IMG/VR virus record: IMGVR_UViG_3300034068_000566
Span: 31,290-95,289 of that record
Reading direction: 5' to 3' (one strand)
Length of the DNA stretch: 64,000 bases
Source: a virus
A program made the position numbers and the translations under genes. Below are positions 27,626 to 38,590 of this stretch, piece after piece (position 1 is the first letter of the stretch; each line of letters opens with the position of its first letter). Under the pieces are notes generated by a model. That model had not been told where the DNA came from, did no database searches, and saw only the letters and a list, made by a program, of their open reading frames with translations.

Positions 27626-30600
27626 ATGGCAGATATAAATAGCAATATTTTAATTAATATTGATACAACGCAGGCTATGTCCGCACTACGTGGGCTAGAC
27701 AAGCAGATATCTGCACTTAACCGCTCCATGATCGTCGGCACTAAGGCTGCTTCATTAGCTCAAGCTGACTTTGCAAAATCACTACTTCATAATGTTAATG
27801 CCACGGGCATGTTTAATGCCTCAATGGGCAAGATGTCTACTTCTACGGATCAGTTTTCAAAACGTTTAGAAGCTGGCAAACTATCTCTTCGTGAATACTA
27901 CCGATATGGAATGGCATCAACTAAAACATTTGGAAAAAATTACGGTAGAGAATTTCAAACAATTAGCAACCTTGCTGAAAAAAGAGTTAAGGCTCTTCAA
28001 AGCCAGTATGTCCAACTAGGTAAAGACGCACAGGGCGCAATACGCTCAATGCGAATTACACCAAAAGCACTAAATTATAACGACGCACTAACAAGAATGT
28101 CAATGACTATTCAACGTCAACAGATAATGAATAAGCTGCTTGACGATGGTGCTACAAAACTTCTTAACTTTGGTAAAAATACACAGTGGGCTGGTCGTCA
28201 GCTTATGGTTGGTTTTACAATTCCATTGGCCATGTTTGCAGGATCAGCAATAAAAGCATTTAAAGAAATTGAAACTCAGGCAGTTAGATTTAAAAAGGTT
28301 TATGGCGACATCTTTACAACACAAGATGACACTGATAAAGCTCTTAAAAACATGAAGGATATTGCTAAAGAATATACAAAGTATGGACTTAAAGTTTCTG
28401 AAACAATCAAGATGGCTGCAGATGCAGCAGCAGCAGGTAACTCAGGCCAACAGCTTGAAACTGTAGTAAAGCAAGCAAGCAAGCTAGCAGTTCTTGGTGG
28501 AGTAGCACAGGACAAAGCCTTAGAAACAACAATTGCTTTACAGAACGCATTTCAAATTGGCAGTGGTGAACTTGGTAAAACGATGGACTTTCTCAACTCT
28601 GTTGAAAACCAAACTGTTTTAAGTCTTGAGGATTTATCTAATGCAATTCCAAGAGTTGCTCCAGTTATTAAACAGCTTGGCGGAGATGTAAAAGATTTAG
28701 CATTCTTCCTTACAGCAATGAAAGAAGGTGGTATCAGTGCAGAGCAAGGAGCTAACGCACTTAAGTCTGGTCTTGCATCTTTAATTAATCCATCAAAAGC
28801 AGCAACTGAAGCAACTTCAAAGCTAGGCATTAACCTTAAGGGAATTATTGAAAGCAATCAGGGTAACTTAAAAAATACTGTTGTTTCTTTTGCTCAAGCA
28901 TTACAACCACTAACAGACCTACAAAGAGCACAAACAATTGAAAAAGTTTTTGGCAAGTATCAGTTTTCAAGAATCTCAGCACTTTTAAATAACGTAACAA
29001 AAGAAGGAAACCAAGCAAGCAGAGTTTTAAAATTGGCATCTGCATCTGCAGAAGAGTTAGCGCTGTTATCTGAACGAGAATTAAAAACACAGGAATCATC
29101 TCCTATGTATAAAATGCAGGCAGCAATTGAGAAACTAAAAGCATCTATTGCTCCAATTGGTGAATTGTTTGCAAAGGTGTTAACTCCAGTTATTAATTTC
29201 TTTGTTAACCTGTTTGATAAATTTAACAATGCTCCAGAAGGCATTAAAAAAGCAGTAGCAATTATCGTAGCAGCTGTAGCTGGTATTGGTCCAGTTCTTC
29301 TTATGACTGTTGGTCTTGTTGCTAATGGTTTAGCCAACCTAATGAAAATGTTTAACCTTATTCGTAAAGGTTTTCAAGGCTTAGCTTATGGATCAAAAGA
29401 TGCAGCCCTTGGAACACAGTACCTCAGCAATGAGGAGCTAGAAAATATTGCTGTATCAAACAGTCTTGCAACAGCTCACAAATCTTTGTCTTCCGCATAT
29501 GTCCTTGAGTCGGCAAGCCTTGTTGCCTTAACTAATGCTTACAGAGAAGCAAAAGTTGCAATGTCTAGTTTTGCTAGTACAAACCCTGGAATGTTTATGC
29601 CAAGCAGGGGCAGAGTTACCCCTCCAAGACGTTTTGCTAAGGGTGTAACAAGTGTTCCTGGAACAGGTAATAAAGATACTACCCCAGCCCTTCTAACCCC
29701 TGGAGAAGCCGTTATTCCTGCTGACATGGCTAAAAAGTATGCACCATTTATTGGACAGATGATTGACGGAACCCTTCCAGGCCACATGGCTGGAAGAATG
29801 CCATTATTTTTGGGTATGCCAAAAACTATTAAAGCAGTAACAGATCAACGTAAAGCAAGAATGACAATGGAAGAGATTGCAAAAGCAACAGAAGCAAGTA
29901 GATTTGGAAAGATGGACCCTACTGATTTTGGTGTACAACTTGAGGCAACCACAGGTCGTTCATTCCCAGTACGAGGAGTTGGCGGTTTATATCAAAAGCC
30001 AGATGGGACAAAGGTATTCGTTAAACCAATGCTCGATGAGACTGCTGCTTTAGCAGAACTAAGAGCAACTACTATTGCAAGAGAAGCACACGGACTAAAT
30101 GCACCTCAACAAACAATTCGCACAATGATTGATCCGACTGATCCATTAAAGAAAAGAAAACTTATTGCATTAGAAGCACCGTACAATCCTGAGTTTGCTA
30201 AGCCAACTGGAAAGTTTTCAAAAGACGAATACTTTAGACAACTAGTTGCCTCTGGATTAAGAGGAGATAAAGATTTGCAGGTGGCCAATCTATCAGGAAA
30301 TAACCTAGTAGATGTTGGACCAGCAGGTGTATTTAGTGCAGCATCTGGTCTAAGATCATATGCAAAAACTATGCCATCTGTTGAAGATCAGGTTCGTATA
30401 AACTTACTTGGTGTAAAGGGTTCAAATACAAGAAGATTCTTTGCTGAAGAAACAACCAATATTCCAAAGGGAATGACTCCTCAAGCATACAACCAAGCAA
30501 TGGTAGACGAAATAGATTTGGTTTTGCCTAAACTTAGAAAGACAATAAAAGGCTTTGGTGATTTAAATCCAGAAGAACAAGGTATTTATCAAAACATGAT

Positions 30601-33600
30601 TAAGCGTCTAGAAGATTCTAGAGGCGCTAACTGGAGAGAACTACATGGTGTTCACTCATCAGTAATTAAAAGCACAAAGAAGCCACTAACCCCTGCAGCA
30701 ATAAAGAAAATAGAAGATGAAATTACATTAAGAGCAAGACAAAAAGGACATGGTGCATCTTTATCTGACAAAGACTTTATGGATGGCTTTGCTAAATGGG
30801 CACAAGGAAATGGTTTTGCTAAGGGTGGAGTAGTTCCAGGATACATGGCTGGAAGAACTGGCTTAACCTATGGCGCAGCAGCAGCAACGAAAGTTTCAGG
30901 GGCAAAAGAAGCAGCAACAGTTGCCAGTCTAGAATCTAGAACAAGATTACCACTAACTCCACTGCCTCCTGGCATGCCATTTAAAATTAGTAGACTTGAA
31001 TCTGGAATGTCACAAATTCAAATAGGTGGTCAATCTATGACCGCAAAAACGTCAGAAGTTTCTAAGTTTGAAGAAAGATGGAAAGAGTTTGCAGCAGCCT
31101 ATCCAGATAAAACAATTTATGCCCAAAAAGTAAAAGATTTAGAAGCAAGAATTTTAGATTATAAACTTAATCCTAGAATAGACTCTAAAACTGGTCTCGA
31201 AAAGCCATTAAGATTATCTGGAACTGGCAATAATGGTTTATTTGCTAATGTCAATCCTTGGTCAGGATCAAGAACTAGAAAAACTCCACCAGAAGTAAAA
31301 AGTAGATGGCAAAAGGTTCTTGCTGACCCTAGTAAAAATAAGCCAGCCCAAAAACTATTAAATTATTATGCAGAAGAGCTTGCTTCTGTAAAGAAGAATC
31401 TTGTTGGCAAAGGTCCTGGAAAAATTTCAGAAGCAGATGCGCTTGCTGTATTAAAAGCACCAGACTTTAAAACTGCAATAGAGAGAGTCAGATCTGGCGA
31501 AGGCGGAATCGCAGCAAGTCATATAAAAGCTACTGGTAAAAATAGAGATTTAGAGTTTTGGCCAGCAGACAATGTTGTGAGAGATCAAACAGTTGTAAAC
31601 TCTGGAATGAATGCACTTTCAAAAAGGATGGGCGCAATTCACGTAACAACTGAAAAAGAAGCATTGAGAGCAATTAGTAAATTAGAAAGTAAAAAACATC
31701 AATATAAAGGTTGGGGTGCAAAAAATAAAACAGACACTTGGACAACTACAGATATAATTACTGAACACCTGCTAAGGAAAAGAATTCGTGATGGTTATTA
31801 TAGAGATCAGAAGTTTAAAGATTCAGACTATATGCCAGCAGATACTCTTGCATTATCAAAAGGAATTTTTTCAGTTCCAGGGCCAAAGGGTGCGGGAGAT
31901 ATTCAACCAGCAATGCTATCTCCTGGAGAAGCAGTTATCCCAGCAAAGGCTGCATCTAAATATTCTTCATTAGTTTCAGGAATGATTAATGGAACAATTC
32001 CAGAACATGGAAAAGGCAAGGGTGGAGTTCCAAGACCTCTTCCTGGATACACCATGGTCGATAAGGGTGATGGTTGGGGAGCAACTCCAGTAGCAAATAC
32101 ACCAGCACCTTCAAGGGGAGCAGATGTTCTTGGAAAAGCCACAGCTCAAGTTAGCAAGTTTGGAACGGCGGTAGTAACTGGAACTAAAGCAGTTGCTAAT
32201 AATGCTAGGGTTCAATCAGCAAGTGCAAAAGCAATGGATAGAGTTAGAAAGATTGATGCTCGCCTGTCATCTATGGGTGGTCCTTCTGGTCCTGGTGGTC
32301 CAGGTGGTCCTAGCGGTCCTAAACCACATGGTGGTTATTGGACAGGGTACGGAAAAGTTGCAACCCATGATCAAGATGGTAAGGCATTAACTAAGGAACA
32401 AAGAATTAATGCAAGACAAGATTATAGAATGAAGTCATCTCAAACCATGATGGGTGTAGGAATGGCAGCCATGATGATTCCTATGCTTGCTCAAGGAATT
32501 GCACAAGGATCACCTGATTCAACATTAGGAAAAGCTGCAGCCAATAACATGCCAGCAATTATAGGAGCATCTATGCTTCCAATGATATTGCCACTTCTTA
32601 ATTCACCGCTAAAGAAATTAATTGCCACAGTAGTAGCATTAGGCGCTGCATTTAAGATGCAGAGTATGGCAATTAGAAAATCTATTTCTGATGGAGTTAA
32701 ACAGGGACAATCTATTGGAAATACCATTGAGTCTTTAGAAGGTTTTGGATCTATACTTGGATCAATGTCTGCAACACAGATCATGGACAAAAAGAGAGAA
32801 GCAAACAGACTTGAGATAACTCCAATTGATCAAACATTTGGTAAAGATTTTTCAGGTAGTGAATTTGGAAAGAAGTTTATTGCTGAGTTTAACGCCTACG
32901 CAAAATCAAACGGTAGAGGTGCAGCTAAACAACTAGGAACAAAACTTGCTTCAGCAGTAAGTCAAGGAGTATTGTCTGCAGATCAAGCAGAATCAATTAT
33001 TGTAAATCTTGCAAGAGATATGGGAGATCAATCTTTAGAGATTGAAGCTAGAGGATTTTTAAGAGAAATCATCGGCCCCGATGGAAAAGATCTAAAAGAT
33101 AATCCTATTGGTGTTCAATTAAGAATATTGAAGAATCAAAAACAACTTACTACTCAGATGCAGAATATTTTTAGTGATGTTGTTGAAAAAGAAATGGGCG
33201 GATGGTTTGCTAACCTCATGCAGAATGTGCCTGGAGCAGGGGCTGTTGGACTAAGGACTGGAATCAATAAACGTGAGGGGTTTGAGCTTGCAGGAAGCAC
33301 AGTCGGTGGCGCTCTTCTTGGCGCCCGTATTGCTAGTCAACTTGATAAAACAGGGGTTATAGCTGGGGCTAGAGCGCTACCTGCTGCAGCAACTTTTGCA
33401 AAAGAGTCACAAATAGCAGGAACTTTAGGAAAGGCAAGATTTGGCGCAGGAGTTATAAGAGGAGCAGCAGCATTAGGAACAGGTGCTTCTGCAACTGGCG
33501 CAGGAGTACTTCCTGGAGCAATTATATTAGCAACAACACTTGCTGCAGATCTAGCTCTTAGAAAGTATCAACAAGGTAGAGAGAAGAAAGCTGTAGGAGC

Positions 33601-36600
33601 AGTTGCTGGAGCAGTTGCAGGTAATTCAATTCAGTCGTTAGCCCAAGTTCAACAATCTATGGATCTACTACAGATGCAAACTGATGCTCAAATTGAAAAA
33701 CTTACTAAAGAAAAAGAGGCCGTTAAGACTGCAGAAAAAAGACTTGAAATTGAAAAGAAAATTAAAGATCTTAATGATCAGAATCTTAAAGATCAACAAG
33801 AATTAAGAAATCAAGGGGTAGCCGTTGTAGATCGAGCTACTGGTTTCTTAGACAACATTGATGGCAAAGATGCAAAGGTTAAATATGCAGAAGCATACAA
33901 GACCGCATTTGAGGATAAATATAAAGATTCCGTAGGTCCAGAAAAAATTGCAGCAACAGAACTTGGTGCATTGCTAAATCCAGATTCAGGAATGATTCCA
34001 AAAGAAGCTGGAATTTCTTCAGAAGAAAGAAAAGAATTAAAGAAACAACTAGCAGAGTCAGAAAAAAGAGTAGCAGAAATTCAAGCAAGAAGAGATTCCT
34101 ACGATAGTAATAGTGGTGAATTTACTGCAGCGCAAGCAGAATATACTGCTGAAATGATAAATCAAGTAAAGATTATTCAAGGATTAAAAGCAAAAACATC
34201 TCAAGATGTAACAAAAATTGGAGTTATGGTTCAGGCATCAGTCGTATCTGGTGACATTTCTGCTAGTTCTGCAAAAGCTTTAATTGACAACTTTATAGCA
34301 ACTGGAAAAAATATTGAAACAACCTGGAAATTAATGTTAGGAGGCCAAGGAGCTAAAGAGATGGATTCTCTTGGCTGGATTCTTCAAAATTTATCAGATC
34401 AAGAAAACATTAATACTGTAGTTAATGTTGCTGGTACTTTTAATGGCAAAGAAGGCCCTCAACAAGCTAGAGAATTCTACTCAATGTTAGAAGACTTTAT
34501 TCAATTCCCTCCAGAGTTTAGAATAGATTTAAATATAGAATCAGACCCAGATGACATTCCCGTACTCAAAAAACTTGGAAAAGAAATTGATGCCCTTAGA
34601 AAACATTTTCCAGGAGGAAAGCTTACTAAGCCAGCGCTAATTGCGTATCAAGCTGAGTTAAAGTTAAAAGGGAAAAGCCCAAATGAAGCGCTTGATCGTG
34701 CAGTAAAAAATTGGGATCTATTAAGTAGTTATGATCCAACACTACAGCTAGAGGCATCAGTTACTTTAAATCAGTTGTTGATATCAGATAACATCCAACA
34801 AGAGTTGAATGCAGAATTAATTAATGCGTTTAAGAAAAAAGGACTTTGGAAAGATGTTCCTCTTCCATTAGCAAACTCAGCAGCTCTCATACAAGCACAA
34901 ATAGATCAGTTAAGCGCAGCAAATCCAGGAATTGCTAAAGGCACTTGGGATAAGTTACTAAAAGAAAGACTGGATTCTCTCTATGGTCCAAAGACTGCTG
35001 ATCTAAAAAAGCTAGCTGCGCAAGAAGCTGCTGAAAAATTAAAATCAGCAAATTCTTTCCTAGATGATTTAGCAATGAAACTAAAGCTATTTAGAGATTC
35101 AGCCTTTAACGCTCTCAGTCCATTAAAATCTATTATGGCTGCATTTGCAAATACTAAAGATGCTGAAAACGGTCTTGGAAGAATGTTTGAAAAGTTTAGG
35201 GGTCTCCAGCAAATAATGTTGGATGGTGGCAAAGATGCAAAGGGCAATAATATATCTGGTAGTTTGGCTCCAGGACTTATGGATGCAATTTCTGGAATGT
35301 CAGCAGAAGAGTTTGAAACTTTTAAAAATCAAGATCTAAACCCAAATGTAGAAGGAACACAAAAACCATTCATCCTAGATAAAAAGGGAAACGTAATTGG
35401 GTTATCTAAAGATTTGTTAGGTCTATCTGAAGCCTTTAACTCAGTAGCTGTAGGTATGGCTCAAATGGGAGCTGCACAAAGTATAGATAATATCAAAAAA
35501 CAAAGAGAAGCTTTTGAGATTCTTAGGGCTTCAGGCATGTCTGTTACTGACGCACTTAAGGTAATTGAAGATCAATCTCTTGCTTCAGCTATTGCTGCTG
35601 GAACCCTTGGTGCTGCAGGGTCAGATGAAATGAAAAAGTTTATTAAAGATATTGCAGCTGCCAACAGCGCAATGGAAAAGATGCAGGTTATAACTGACAC
35701 CCTTACAAAGAATGCAGAGTTTGATGTATTTGCAAAAACTCCAGAAGTAGTAGGTGCAATGAAGTCTATGGGGTATTCTGTAGAGCAAATTGACGCAGTA
35801 CTTGGAAACCCTGCAATGCTTAAGCAGTTCACCCAAAACATTAAAGATGGCAAAATTGATATAGCAGCCATTGAAGGTTCAACTGGAGCAATCTCTGAGT
35901 TCCTAAAAGACATAGAGGCTAAAAAGTTAATTGATATTCAGATTAACTTTAACAAGGGAGACTATGCTCAAGTTGCTTCCTCTGGTCTTGATATGGTTAA
36001 TCAAATGTTTGCGGTACAGGAAGATCTAATCACAACAGGTGTAGATGCAAGAAGCACTAAGGATGTAGCACAACTTGCTGCAAATGAAACAAAGGTTAAA
36101 GAGTTACAAAGTCAACTCCGCCCATACGAAGCACAGATTGAACAACTACAATATAAGATTAATGATATTCAAGCAGAAGTTTCTTTAAAGATTAGTCAGC
36201 AAGTTGAAGCGTATCAAGAAGAGATTAATGACTTACAACATGAGATTGACATTCAGTTTAATGAGCCTATTCAAGCATTGCAAGACCAGGCAAGTGTTCT
36301 TTCTCATGATATGGATCTTATTTCTTATGCTGCAGACAAAGTTAATAAGCGTTACGATCAGCAGGCAGAATCTCTAACAACAATTAAAGATATTAATGAT
36401 GCAATTTTATCACAACAAGAAAAGCAGATTAGCTTATCAGATGCCCTAACTAGTGGAGATATTTCAGCAGCAGGAAAAGCAATGCAGGATATGCGAAAAG
36501 CAGACGCAGATCTATATGCTAATGCAGCACAAAAATCTTTTGACCTAGCCAGAAAAAATGAACTAGCCAGACTTGTAGGAACTCAAGGCCTTAATGAAGA

Positions 36601-38590
36601 GCAGATAAAAGAAAGACAGTATCAAATTTCTCAAGATATTTACGCTCTAGAAACACATCCTGACAAAATAAAGTATCAGAATCAGATTAAAGCCAAGACT
36701 GCCAGCATCTATGAACTTGAAGAAGCAAGAGAAGCATCTTTAAAGCAAGTCCAAGAATACGAAAATCAAATTGCTAAAATTACTAAGGATCACGTTGTTG
36801 ATAAAGAAAGAATGATTGCTGCTTTAAATACTGAAAACGAAACTATTCAAGCAAGACTTGATAAGTTGAATGCAGAAACTCTTGTTCTTGGAAAGAATAA
36901 AGCAGAATGGGCTGCGATTGAAGCTAGTATAAAAGCATACGACTTATCTCGTAAAGATTTAGACACTGCTTTTGCTGGACTATATGCAGCATCAACAGCA
37001 ATTAATGCTGAGTGGACTAAGATTATGGAAAAAATTGGAGTCTATTCTAAAACTCCTGCTGCAAATTCTAAAATAATGACTACCGCACAAACAATTGTTA
37101 CAAATTCTGGAAGTACCGCAAGTGTATCTAAGGCTGAAGCAGATGCAAAAGCTAAGGCAGATAAAGATGCTGCCGAAGCTAAAGCCAAGGCAGAAGCAGA
37201 TGCAAAGGCAGCAGCTGATGCATCAGCCAAATCTATAGCAGAGGCAGAAGCATTACTCGCAGCAGCTTTAAAGGCAGCAGCAGAGGCTACGGCAAAAGCA
37301 GAGGCAGCAGCAGCTGCCAAAGCAGAAGACAAAGCCAAAGCAGAAGCAGAGGCTAAGGCTGCTCAAGACAAAGCGGATGCTGCTACAGCAGCAGCAGCTA
37401 ACGCAGCAACAGCAGCAACAGCAGCAGCCGAAGCAGCAGCCGAAGCAGCTAACGCCGCAGCAGTAATGGCAGATGCAGCTTTAAAAGCAGCAGAGGCAAT
37501 TGCAGCTAGTGCATCCGCTGCTCAACAGGTTGCAGACACTGCTATGTCTCAAGCAATTGCTGTAGCCAATGCTGTGATGGCGGATTTATTAGCATATAAA
37601 CCTGCAGGGCTTGAACAAGCTTTAGCAAACGTTGATAATGCAAAACAGGCGTATGCTGATCTAGAAGATCGTTTTACGTTTATGGATAGAATGGATGCAA
37701 ACGCATTACAACAATTAAAAAATGCACAAGAGGAAATTACAAGAGCAGAAGATAGGTTAAACCTTGTTAAGTCAGGGCAAGCAGCAGAGCAAGATCTTGC
37801 TGCAGAGTTAAAGGCTATGGCAGAAAGAAGTTCACTTCTAACTACATCTACGGATAAATTAGCAGGAGCAAATGCATTACTAGCTGCAGCTTTAAAAGCT
37901 AAAAAAATAAAAGATGCTACCCCAACCGCTACGGCAACAGTTACACCGTCTTCTACTTCAACAGCCTCATCACCTACCTCAACATCTTCATCTTCAACAT
38001 CTTCATCTTCAACATCTTCAAGTACAACATCTTCCACAGCCACCGATCCAGAGTCCCCAGAACTATTTTTTACCCCTGGTGCACCACTTATTGGATCTTC
38101 ATCTAAGCCAAAATGGACAATATGGGGAAATGATTATAAGAATGGTCAGGTTTACACAGATACAGGAGTTGGAGCGCTTATCTATAGAAGTAAAACTGAT
38201 ACCTGGGACCCCTTTACTGGTAAGAAAGATGGAATTAATTATAAAGATGGCAAGCCAACTCTTTTTAATTTTAGCACTGACTTTTCTACTAAATCTTCTG
38301 GTGGTTTAATTCCCCAGTTCTTTGCTTCAGGTGGTTATGCTATGGGGACAGATATAGTGCCAGCAATGCTTACTCCAGGAGAATTTGTAATGAGTAAATA
38401 TGCTGTTAACACTCATGGTGCCGATAAAATGAAAGCTATTAATAATGGTGACTCAGTAGGCGACGCAGTGTATAATTATAGTATTAGCGTAAACGTAAAA
38501 TCGGATGCAAATCCTGATGATATTGCTAGAGCAGTAATGACTCAAATTAAACAGATAGATTCACAAAAAATTCGGGGGAGTAGATTTTAA
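27626..38590 (+). CDS. Tape measure protein (3654 aa) with internal cargo domains
   Basis: TP901-like core (KNTQWAGRQLMVGFT...GANALKSGLASLINP), long helical regions, three DxxPAxL(T/S)PGE motifs. Confidence 0.93.
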   Translation: MADINSNILINIDTTQAMSALRGLDKQISALNRSMIVGTKAASLAQADFAKSLLHNVNATGMFNASMGKMSTSTDQFSKRLEAGKLSLREYYRYGMASTKTFGKNYGREFQTISNLAEKRVKALQSQYVQLGKDAQGAIRSMRITPKALNYNDALTRMSMTIQRQQIMNKLLDDGATKLLNFGKNTQWAGRQLMVGFTIPLAMFAGSAIKAFKEIETQAVRFKKVYGDIFTTQDDTDKALKNMKDIAKEYTKYGLKVSETIKMAADAAAAGNSGQQLETVVKQASKLAVLGGVAQDKALETTIALQNAFQIGSGELGKTMDFLNSVENQTVLSLEDLSNAIPRVAPVIKQLGGDVKDLAFFLTAMKEGGISAEQGANALKSGLASLINPSKAATEATSKLGINLKGIIESNQGNLKNTVVSFAQALQPLTDLQRAQTIEKVFGKYQFSRISALLNNVTKEGNQASRVLKLASASAEELALLSERELKTQESSPMYKMQAAIEKLKASIAPIGELFAKVLTPVINFFVNLFDKFNNAPEGIKKAVAIIVAAVAGIGPVLLMTVGLVANGLANLMKMFNLIRKGFQGLAYGSKDAALGTQYLSNEELENIAVSNSLATAHKSLSSAYVLESASLVALTNAYREAKVAMSSFASTNPGMFMPSRGRVTPPRRFAKGVTSVPGTGNKDTTPALLTPGEAVIPADMAKKYAPFIGQMIDGTLPGHMAGRMPLFLGMPKTIKAVTDQRKARMTMEEIAKATEASRFGKMDPTDFGVQLEATTGRSFPVRGVGGLYQKPDGTKVFVKPMLDETAALAELRATTIAREAHGLNAPQQTIRTMIDPTDPLKKRKLIALEAPYNPEFAKPTGKFSKDEYFRQLVASGLRGDKDLQVANLSGNNLVDVGPAGVFSAASGLRSYAKTMPSVEDQVRINLLGVKGSNTRRFFAEETTNIPKGMTPQAYNQAMVDEIDLVLPKLRKTIKGFGDLNPEEQGIYQNMIKRLEDSRGANWRELHGVHSSVIKSTKKPLTPAAIKKIEDEITLRARQKGHGASLSDKDFMDGFAKWAQGNGFAKGGVVPGYMAGRTGLTYGAAAATKVSGAKEAATVASLESRTRLPLTPLPPGMPFKISRLESGMSQIQIGGQSMTAKTSEVSKFEERWKEFAAAYPDKTIYAQKVKDLEARILDYKLNPRIDSKTGLEKPLRLSGTGNNGLFANVNPWSGSRTRKTPPEVKSRWQKVLADPSKNKPAQKLLNYYAEELASVKKNLVGKGPGKISEADALAVLKAPDFKTAIERVRSGEGGIAASHIKATGKNRDLEFWPADNVVRDQTVVNSGMNALSKRMGAIHVTTEKEALRAISKLESKKHQYKGWGAKNKTDTWTTTDIITEHLLRKRIRDGYYRDQKFKDSDYMPADTLALSKGIFSVPGPKGAGDIQPAMLSPGEAVIPAKAASKYSSLVSGMINGTIPEHGKGKGGVPRPLPGYTMVDKGDGWGATPVANTPAPSRGADVLGKATAQVSKFGTAVVTGTKAVANNARVQSASAKAMDRVRKIDARLSSMGGPSGPGGPGGPSGPKPHGGYWTGYGKVATHDQDGKALTKEQRINARQDYRMKSSQTMMGVGMAAMMIPMLAQGIAQGSPDSTLGKAAANNMPAIIGASMLPMILPLLNSPLKKLIATVVALGAAFKMQSMAIRKSISDGVKQGQSIGNTIESLEGFGSILGSMSATQIMDKKREANRLEITPIDQTFGKDFSGSEFGKKFIAEFNAYAKSNGRGAAKQLGTKLASAVSQGVLSADQAESIIVNLARDMGDQSLEIEARGFLREIIGPDGKDLKDNPIGVQLRILKNQKQLTTQMQNIFSDVVEKEMGGWFANLMQNVPGAGAVGLRTGINKREGFELAGSTVGGALLGARIASQLDKTGVIAGARALPAAATFAKESQIAGTLGKARFGAGVIRGAAALGTGASATGAGVLPGAIILATTLAADLALRKYQQGREKKAVGAVAGAVAGNSIQSLAQVQQSMDLLQMQTDAQIEKLTKEKEAVKTAEKRLEIEKKIKDLNDQNLKDQQELRNQGVAVVDRATGFLDNIDGKDAKVKYAEAYKTAFEDKYKDSVGPEKIAATELGALLNPDSGMIPKEAGISSEERKELKKQLAESEKRVAEIQARRDSYDSNSGEFTAAQAEYTAEMINQVKIIQGLKAKTSQDVTKIGVMVQASVVSGDISASSAKALIDNFIATGKNIETTWKLMLGGQGAKEMDSLGWILQNLSDQENINTVVNVAGTFNGKEGPQQAREFYSMLEDFIQFPPEFRIDLNIESDPDDIPVLKKLGKEIDALRKHFPGGKLTKPALIAYQAELKLKGKSPNEALDRAVKNWDLLSSYDPTLQLEASVTLNQLLISDNIQQELNAELINAFKKKGLWKDVPLPLANSAALIQAQIDQLSAANPGIAKGTWDKLLKERLDSLYGPKTADLKKLAAQEAAEKLKSANSFLDDLAMKLKLFRDSAFNALSPLKSIMAAFANTKDAENGLGRMFEKFRGLQQIMLDGGKDAKGNNISGSLAPGLMDAISGMSAEEFETFKNQDLNPNVEGTQKPFILDKKGNVIGLSKDLLGLSEAFNSVAVGMAQMGAAQSIDNIKKQREAFEILRASGMSVTDALKVIEDQSLASAIAAGTLGAAGSDEMKKFIKDIAAANSAMEKMQVITDTLTKNAEFDVFAKTPEVVGAMKSMGYSVEQIDAVLGNPAMLKQFTQNIKDGKIDIAAIEGSTGAISEFLKDIEAKKLIDIQINFNKGDYAQVASSGLDMVNQMFAVQEDLITTGVDARSTKDVAQLAANETKVKELQSQLRPYEAQIEQLQYKINDIQAEVSLKISQQVEAYQEEINDLQHEIDIQFNEPIQALQDQASVLSHDMDLISYAADKVNKRYDQQAESLTTIKDINDAILSQQEKQISLSDALTSGDISAAGKAMQDMRKADADLYANAAQKSFDLARKNELARLVGTQGLNEEQIKERQYQISQDIYALETHPDKIKYQNQIKAKTASIYELEEAREASLKQVQEYENQIAKITKDHVVDKERMIAALNTENETIQARLDKLNAETLVLGKNKAEWAAIEASIKAYDLSRKDLDTAFAGLYAASTAINAEWTKIMEKIGVYSKTPAANSKIMTTAQTIVTNSGSTASVSKAEADAKAKADKDAAEAKAKAEADAKAAADASAKSIAEAEALLAAALKAAAEATAKAEAAAAAKAEDKAKAEAEAKAAQDKADAATAAAANAATAATAAAEAAAEAANAAAVMADAALKAAEAIAASASAAQQVADTAMSQAIAVANAVMADLLAYKPAGLEQALANVDNAKQAYADLEDRFTFMDRMDANALQQLKNAQEEITRAEDRLNLVKSGQAAEQDLAAELKAMAERSSLLTTSTDKLAGANALLAAALKAKKIKDATPTATATVTPSSTSTASSPTSTSSSSTSSSSTSSSTTSSTATDPESPELFFTPGAPLIGSSSKPKWTIWGNDYKNGQVYTDTGVGALIYRSKTDTWDPFTGKKDGINYKDGKPTLFNFSTDFSTKSSGGLIPQFFASGGYAMGTDIVPAMLTPGEFVMSKYAVNTHGADKMKAINNGDSVGDAVYNYSISVNVKSDANPDDIARAVMTQIKQIDSQKIRGSRF

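Noticed and set aside
26532-27626. Programmed -1 frameshift in the tail chaperone
   Set aside because: The T-like domain is already in frame in the first gene, and only 30 nt separate the second gene from the TMP
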